Part shown: positions 58,875 to 64,000 of the stretch, one piece after another | How positions within the stretch are numbered: position 1 is the first letter of the stretch | Layout: the number at the start of each line of letters is the position of its first letter | Assembly: GCA_030603365.1 (NCBI GenBank) | Contig: JAUVXV010000001.1 | Location: 224,001-288,000 of the forward strand | DNA from: Candidatus Heimdallarchaeota archaeon | GTDB lineage: Archaea > Asgardarchaeota > Heimdallarchaeia > Heimdallarchaeales > Heimdallarchaeaceae | Length of the DNA stretch: 64,000 nucleotides | Reading direction: 5' to 3' | Made by a program: the position numbers and the translations under genes | Notes under the pieces: generated by a model | What the model saw: only the letters and a program-made list of their open reading frames with translations | What the model was told of the DNA's origin: nothing | Databases searched by the model: none

Positions 58875-60347
58875 TTATTTCAAAATCCCTATACGTACAT
58901 TTTCAAATCTAGTAGGAGCAATTCCGTGCCCTACATACGCTGCTTGTCCTGGTTCTCCTTTTCCACAATTTGGAGTTCCAAAGGTTTTCCAGTGTTTTCT
59001 ATTACATATACCACTAACATTTCCCCAGAATTCCGGAGTAATCCCTTCATAGGTTGGATTCTTAATCATATCTGTCATCTCTCCATTTTCTATTCTCCAT
59101 CCTATTTCAGTACCAAACTGGAAATTCATTCTGATATCATCAATACTCCAACTTCTATTTGTTTCTAAGAAGTATCCATCTTTTGTATCTGCAATAAGTT
59201 CATCAAAATCCCAATCCCCAGGTTCCAGATTAACGTTTGTCATTCTTATAATTGGTATCCTATCATATCCCATGGCTCTAGCAGCACCTGAGCTTCTTTC
59301 AAGACCAATTGCCTTGGCAGTTTCTCTGGAAGATAGATATCCAGTAAATACACCTTTATCGACCAAGATATTTCTCTGAGCTTTGACACCTTCATGATCA
59401 TAGTAGAAAGTACCCAACCCTCCAGAAACTGTTGCATCAGCTACCATAGTTACTTGTTCATTGCCATACTTAAAATCAGTTCCAAGAAGATTAGTGGTTA
59501 GAAAACTTGTTCCTGCATATGCTGCCTCATAACCCATTGCTCTATCTAATTCAGTAGGATGACCACAGCTTTCGTGAACTTGAAGAGCTAATTGAGAATG
59601 ACCTAGAATAATTGTTGAATTTCCACTAGGCATTTTTTTAGCTGTGAGTAACTCTATAGCTTCTTTAGCTGCTTTTTCAGATGCTTCTATGAGTTGAAGA
59701 CCTTCAAAATACTCATAACCTTCAGTATGAAAGTCACCCCTGAAACTCGCAGGAAGACTTCTAGTTTGAGCTTCTCCACCATCTACAGCTGTAGAAGATA
59801 CACCACCTCCACACCAAGTAATTGTTTGATTAATTTTGGTTCCTTCTGTAGTGTGCAAGATCATGTGGTCTTTTCGACTAACATAGTGACTTGTAGCTAC
59901 CTTAATTTTATCAGAAAAAGCTTTGGCTCTTCTAGAACTTTCTTCCAAGATTTCTATCTTCTCTTTTAATTCAACATCAAAAGGATCCTTTTTCATGGGG
60001 GTAGAAACCTTATCCTCATAAATTGGTTCTTCTGCAAACTCTATGTCAAACTTTTTCACCATTGATGATGCTTTAGCAATCTTAACAGCTTGTTTTGCTA
60101 ATTCAGTAACTGAGTTTCTAGTTAGTTCATTTGTACTAGCAAACCCCCAACTTTTGTTAACCAAACATCTTATCCCTATCCCTCTTTTATCAACTCTGTT
60201 AAGTCTTTCAAGTGAGTTATTTTTAAAAGAAATATCTTCCATAAAGGTATGCATGAACTTTACATCAGCATATTGTGCTCCCTCTTTCTCTGAACATTTT
60301 ATTCCATAAGAAACTAGGTCTTCTAAATTCTCTACTTTATCTTGCAT
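58875..60347 (-). CDS. tldD: TldD metalloprotease
   Basis: HESCGHPTE, RMTN, CGKGEPGQ. Confidence 0.92.
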   Translation of the reverse strand: MQDKVENLEDLVSYGIKCSEKEGAQYADVKFMHTFMEDISFKNNSLERLNRVDKRGIGIRCLVNKSWGFASTNELTRNSVTELAKQAVKIAKASSMVKKFDIEFAEEPIYEDKVSTPMKKDPFDVELKEKIEILEESSRRAKAFSDKIKVATSHYVSRKDHMILHTTEGTKINQTITWCGGGVSSTAVDGGEAQTRSLPASFRGDFHTEGYEYFEGLQLIEASEKAAKEAIELLTAKKMPSGNSTIILGHSQLALQVHESCGHPTELDRAMGYEAAYAGTSFLTTNLLGTDFKYGNEQVTMVADATVSGGLGTFYYDHEGVKAQRNILVDKGVFTGYLSSRETAKAIGLERSSGAARAMGYDRIPIIRMTNVNLEPGDWDFDELIADTKDGYFLETNRSWSIDDIRMNFQFGTEIGWRIENGEMTDMIKNPTYEGITPEFWGNVSGICNRKHWKTFGTPNCGKGEPGQAAYVGHGIAPTRFENVRIGILK

Positions 60348-60404
60348 AAGTGCTCTTTTTTCTTCTTGTTATAAATACTTTCTACAAAATTAGTAGGTGG
60401 TTAC

Positions 60405-61292
60405 TTAAAAATCGAGAATTTCACTTATTTCTTCTAAACCCGGTATTCGTTTTTTCTTTGAAGAAAACAACCCTCGAATTTTGATTGTTTCACCTATATT
60501 TAGACTCTTATCATCAGAAATCAATTCAAGGCCTATTTTTGCAGTCTTCAACTCTTCTCTGAAATACTTGTTTTTTATCAGAGTATGAATGGGATCAATC
60601 AGAATTCGAAGAACCTCAATAGAGTTTAATATTTCATCCATTACTATCGGTGGTTTAAGGTATAAGACATTCAGAATAATCCCGTTTTCGATATTACTTA
60701 TAACTTCTAGAGAGTTTAGTAACTCTCGTTCTAGTTTTGATATGTTTCGTTCTGTAGGAGGAATTTCTTCTTCAAAGAAATAAGTGACCATTTCTTCAAG
60801 AACTTCACAGCACCTACTCTCTTCAATCTGATAACCTATTTCTTTAGAATAGTATTTATTATCAGTTGATCCAGAGTCATTATCTTCAGAAAGATAGCTT
60901 ACTTCTTGTACTAACTTGTAAAGTGTATGATAGATAGAAGATATTTTATTTATTAATTTTGCATTTTCACGATGATTCTGCGCTAATTTATGCGTAAGAT
61001 CATTTATTTTCTCCAAATGTGTTGATATTTGTTCAAATTCATAGGGAGATATTTTATCATCTTCAAGCATTGAGTCAATTTGCCACCCATAATTTGTACA
61101 TTCTAGAACAATATCTTCTAAGTCCTTCAATGCCTTAGATTCATCCAAAGGGAGTGAAAAATTCTCTTCTCTAAAACTCTTAGCAATTGCCTTCATTTGT
61201 TTGAGTTTTTCTAGCCTTTCTCTCAAAGGAATGCTAAGAGGATACTCGCTGTTCATATAATTTCCTACTCTACTACCATATAGAAAAGGCAT
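60405..61292 (-). CDS. Hypothetical helical protein
   Basis: 295-aa ORF, no firm motif. Confidence 0.6.
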   Translation of the reverse strand: MPFLYGSRVGNYMNSEYPLSIPLRERLEKLKQMKAIAKSFREENFSLPLDESKALKDLEDIVLECTNYGWQIDSMLEDDKISPYEFEQISTHLEKINDLTHKLAQNHRENAKLINKISSIYHTLYKLVQEVSYLSEDNDSGSTDNKYYSKEIGYQIEESRCCEVLEEMVTYFFEEEIPPTERNISKLERELLNSLEVISNIENGIILNVLYLKPPIVMDEILNSIEVLRILIDPIHTLIKNKYFREELKTAKIGLELISDDKSLNIGETIKIRGLFSSKKKRIPGLEEISEILDF

Positions 61293-61338
61293 TCCAAATC
61301 ATTAAAACATTTGCATTTTCAAAAATAGAGAAAAAGGT

Positions 61339-62496
61339 TTACTCCTTTTTCAACGAGTAAGTTTCTATTAAGGTATCATAAACCAGATTTGCATAATCTA
61401 TTACTTCTTGTTTTTCAGTGAATTCATCTGTAACATGTAGCTGATCAAGTTTTCCTGGCCCCATTATAACAAACGGAGTATTATATTCAGGAATTAACAT
61501 TGCTCCATCTGTTCCATAATTTAAACCAATGATTTTTTCCTTGCCAATTTCAAATGCCTTCTGTTTTAGAGTTTTCACAACTTCATCTTCTCTACTTAAT
61601 TCTAATGCAGGAATTTCATGTATAATCTCAATCTCAGCTCTTGCAGGGCCTTCAAAATTATATTCATCTATAATTTCCAAAATCTTACGTTTGACTCCTT
61701 CACGTAGATTGTCTGCTACAAGCCTGTAATCACATCTGAATTCACAATATTCAGGTACTACATTAATCAGAGTTCCACCTGAAATTTTTCCAATATTAAG
61801 TGTTGATTTTCCTAGAACTTCATGACTGAACTCTGGAACTGCTTCTTTCATTTTTGGGATAAGACTAGCAGCTCCTTCAATGGCACTAATTCCTAAATGT
61901 GGTGTTGAACCATGTGCTGATTTTCCAAAGACTTTAACTTTAATCCATAGGGTTCCTTTTTCAGCTATCCCCACTTGTAATTCAGTTGGTTCTCCAACAA
62001 GAACAAATTCACATCCTTCCATTATGCCATCCTGTTTTGCTGCTAGAGAGCCATCCATTCCAATTTCCTCATCTGATGTTCCTAAGAAAAGTATCTTCTT
62101 ATTCAGTTTGATTTTATTTTCTTTTAATGCAATAAGAACTGCGATAAAAGCAGCAACCGCTCCTTTCATATCTGTTGAACCTCTCCCATAAATCATCCCA
62201 TTATGTTCTTCAGCTGCAAAAGGCGGATATTTCCATCTTGTTTCATCCCCCGCGGGGACTGTATCTAAATGACCTGTTAATATGATTGTAATTCTTCCTT
62301 CTCCATAGGATGCTATAACATTTGCTTTCCCCTCTGCATACTCTTGAATCTTAGTTTCAATTCCAAATTTCTCAAAAATATTTTTGATATACTCTACTGC
62401 ATCAAGTGTCTTACCAGGAGGATTTTCTGTTTTAATTTTAATTAGATTCTTCAATATAGGTATAACATCTTCTTCGGTAATTTTCATATCTCTCAT
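61339..62496 (-). CDS. M20 family metallohydrolase (ArgE/DapE-like)
   Basis: GHLDTVP, GRGSTDMKG, DEE, GEPT, HGS, GTD, H. Confidence 0.92.
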   Translation of the reverse strand: MRDMKITEEDVIPILKNLIKIKTENPPGKTLDAVEYIKNIFEKFGIETKIQEYAEGKANVIASYGEGRITIILTGHLDTVPAGDETRWKYPPFAAEEHNGMIYGRGSTDMKGAVAAFIAVLIALKENKIKLNKKILFLGTSDEEIGMDGSLAAKQDGIMEGCEFVLVGEPTELQVGIAEKGTLWIKVKVFGKSAHGSTPHLGISAIEGAASLIPKMKEAVPEFSHEVLGKSTLNIGKISGGTLINVVPEYCEFRCDYRLVADNLREGVKRKILEIIDEYNFEGPARAEIEIIHEIPALELSREDEVVKTLKQKAFEIGKEKIIGLNYGTDGAMLIPEYNTPFVIMGPGKLDQLHVTDEFTEKQEVIDYANLVYDTLIETYSLKKE

Positions 62497-62608
62497 ATCT
62501 GTTTTGACTTAATATGTTTTTAACTTTTCAGTTAAAATAAGATTCTTCCCCTCCAACAAAGATTTTTTGTAGTTAATAAAGAATAGAATACTAGGAATTG
62601 ATGGTTAT

Positions 62609-63598
62609 ATGGAAGATCAAAAGGAGATAAGAAACTACCTTTCTGATTCGACAAGAAGGATGGTTTTATCACAAATCATATCTTTTTCAAAAACTGTTTC
62701 TGCATCTGAATTACTAGAGAAATTACCAATTACAAACAGAAGCACACTCTACAATATTCTAGACCGCTTAACTGAATTAAAGCTCATAAAGAGACAAGAA
62801 GTAAAATTTGGTGGTTCTGATAGAGTTTTTTACTCACCAAACCATGATTTAATCTCTAGTGACTTCTTCAGAAGCTTGTTACAAGAATTTAGAGATCTTG
62901 AGAAACCGTCAATTATGAATTTAGAGTTTAAGTACTCTTGGAGTGATTTTCCTGAGTGTTTAATAATGGGAGATACATTACGACTATCTATTGTTTATGG
63001 TTCTTGGATGACAGAAGCAGCAAGTACAATTGATGCTCTTTATGTTCCGGAAATTTCTCAGATGCTATCATATTGGGCTAATAAAATCAAAAAAATACCA
63101 ATTGAAAATGTTTTGATAGATTCTCTATTGGATTATCAAGCGAGTCATGCGAAGAATGAAAATTTGTTGGTAATTGGTTCTGGAGCAGTCAATAGGATTA
63201 CCTCTGAGATCATGAGTTTATATGATGAAAATCTACCTATCAAGTTCCTAACTCCTTCAAGCAAGAATATTTACAGCAAACTAACTGATGTAACTTATAG
63301 CGAAGAATCACAAATAGGATTGTTAACTGGTATTATTGCACTATTACCCAACCCATGGGATAAATCGAAGGTTGTAATCTTATGTGCAGGTTCAAAAAAT
63401 GTTGGAACTCAGGCATCTTTGAAGGTTCTTCTTGATGATATTATATCCTGTATTCAAATGAAAGACAAAATTCTTGTAAACCATAGCAAATTCTCTGAAA
63501 TTCCTATAAGAATACTAAAAGCTGAAGGAAAAGAACTTCTAACAAAAATGATTCAGCAAAAAAGTCCAAAGATTCAAGATTATGAGTTCATAGAATAA
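62609..63598 (+). CDS. wHTH protein fused to an S-layer-C-terminal-like alpha/beta domain
   Basis: N-term RRMVL..RSTLYNILDRLTELKLI..FY; C-term NLLVIGSGAVN..NPWD..ILCAG..GTQAS. Confidence 0.7.
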   Translation: MEDQKEIRNYLSDSTRRMVLSQIISFSKTVSASELLEKLPITNRSTLYNILDRLTELKLIKRQEVKFGGSDRVFYSPNHDLISSDFFRSLLQEFRDLEKPSIMNLEFKYSWSDFPECLIMGDTLRLSIVYGSWMTEAASTIDALYVPEISQMLSYWANKIKKIPIENVLIDSLLDYQASHAKNENLLVIGSGAVNRITSEIMSLYDENLPIKFLTPSSKNIYSKLTDVTYSEESQIGLLTGIIALLPNPWDKSKVVILCAGSKNVGTQASLKVLLDDIISCIQMKDKILVNHSKFSEIPIRILKAEGKELLTKMIQQKSPKIQDYEFIE

Positions 63599-63605
63599 AA
63601 AGAAT

Positions 63606-64000
63606 TTATTCTTTTTCAACTGTTACCTCAAGAGGTTCCAAATTGTTCTCTACCATTCTCCTTCATACTCAATCTGTTCAGAAAGGTTAGGGAGTTTGAC
63701 TATGCCTTATGTTGAATTAATCTACTACTTGTTTAAGAAAAACTGATGGAAATTCAGGAAATTCGTTTCCCAATTCTCTTGTATGCCCAGCATAATTTCT
63801 ACCAATCCCCACTATTTTTGAAGGTATGATGGGCGTAAGTATCTTTATTTCATCAACTTTTATACCTTTGGATGAGATGTCAATTTTCTCTGAAGTGTTT
63901 TTCATAACTTCAGATATTTCAGAAAAGATTTCAAATACTTTTTTTTCAGATTTTTCATAAATTGCATTGCAAATCCTATCTTCAAACAAAATCCTACCTA
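63606..64000 (-). pseudogene. Degraded fumarylacetoacetate-hydrolase-family gene (5' partial)
   Basis: PSKIVGIGRNYAGH..PSVFLK then a premature stop; the continuation (SSRLIQHK, IVKLPNLSEQIEYE) lies in other frames, and the rest of the domain appears deleted. Confidence 0.75.

Noticed and set aside
572-62191. Many 60-180 aa ORFs overlapping well-supported genes (e.g. 572-922, 1102-1401, 42920-43459, 46361-46912, 61880-62191)
   Set aside because: Antisense or off-frame shadows with no motifs or independent signals

Overview
AT-rich archaeal chromosomal segment, most consistent with an Asgard archaeon (Heimdallarchaeia-like). The basis is archaeal information-processing genes, AGGTGA Shine-Dalgarno motifs and TATA boxes, a stand-alone longin-like protein and an Asgard-type RING domain; the taxonomy is an inference. 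Core genes are rfcL, rpoN-rps2-mvk-ipk, rpl7ae-rps28e-rpl24e-ndk-infB, tiaS, an hsp20-cdc48-heat-shock-regulator operon, a histone, and an initiator tRNA-Met with two introns. They are mixed with many peptide/amino-acid catabolic, transport and repair genes. I saw no CRISPR array, rRNA or transposase. The strongest candidate for an undescribed system is a ~59-nt hairpin at 26604-26662. Its apex is an exact 16-nt antisense copy of the translation-initiation leader of the neighbouring secreted caspase/legumain-like (clan CD) peptidase gene, which itself has a 1-nt frameshift in its signal peptide. A second orphan hairpin RNA at ~20055-20142 lies between convergent promoters. Other notable items: a Dna2-like nuclease-helicase with a duplicated Fe-S Cys motif and a C-terminal RING, a TrmB-like protein with a ~500-aa coiled-coil insert, a possible second divergent histone, a non-canonical 14/15 tRNA intron, and several small ORFs missing from the supplied ORF track.
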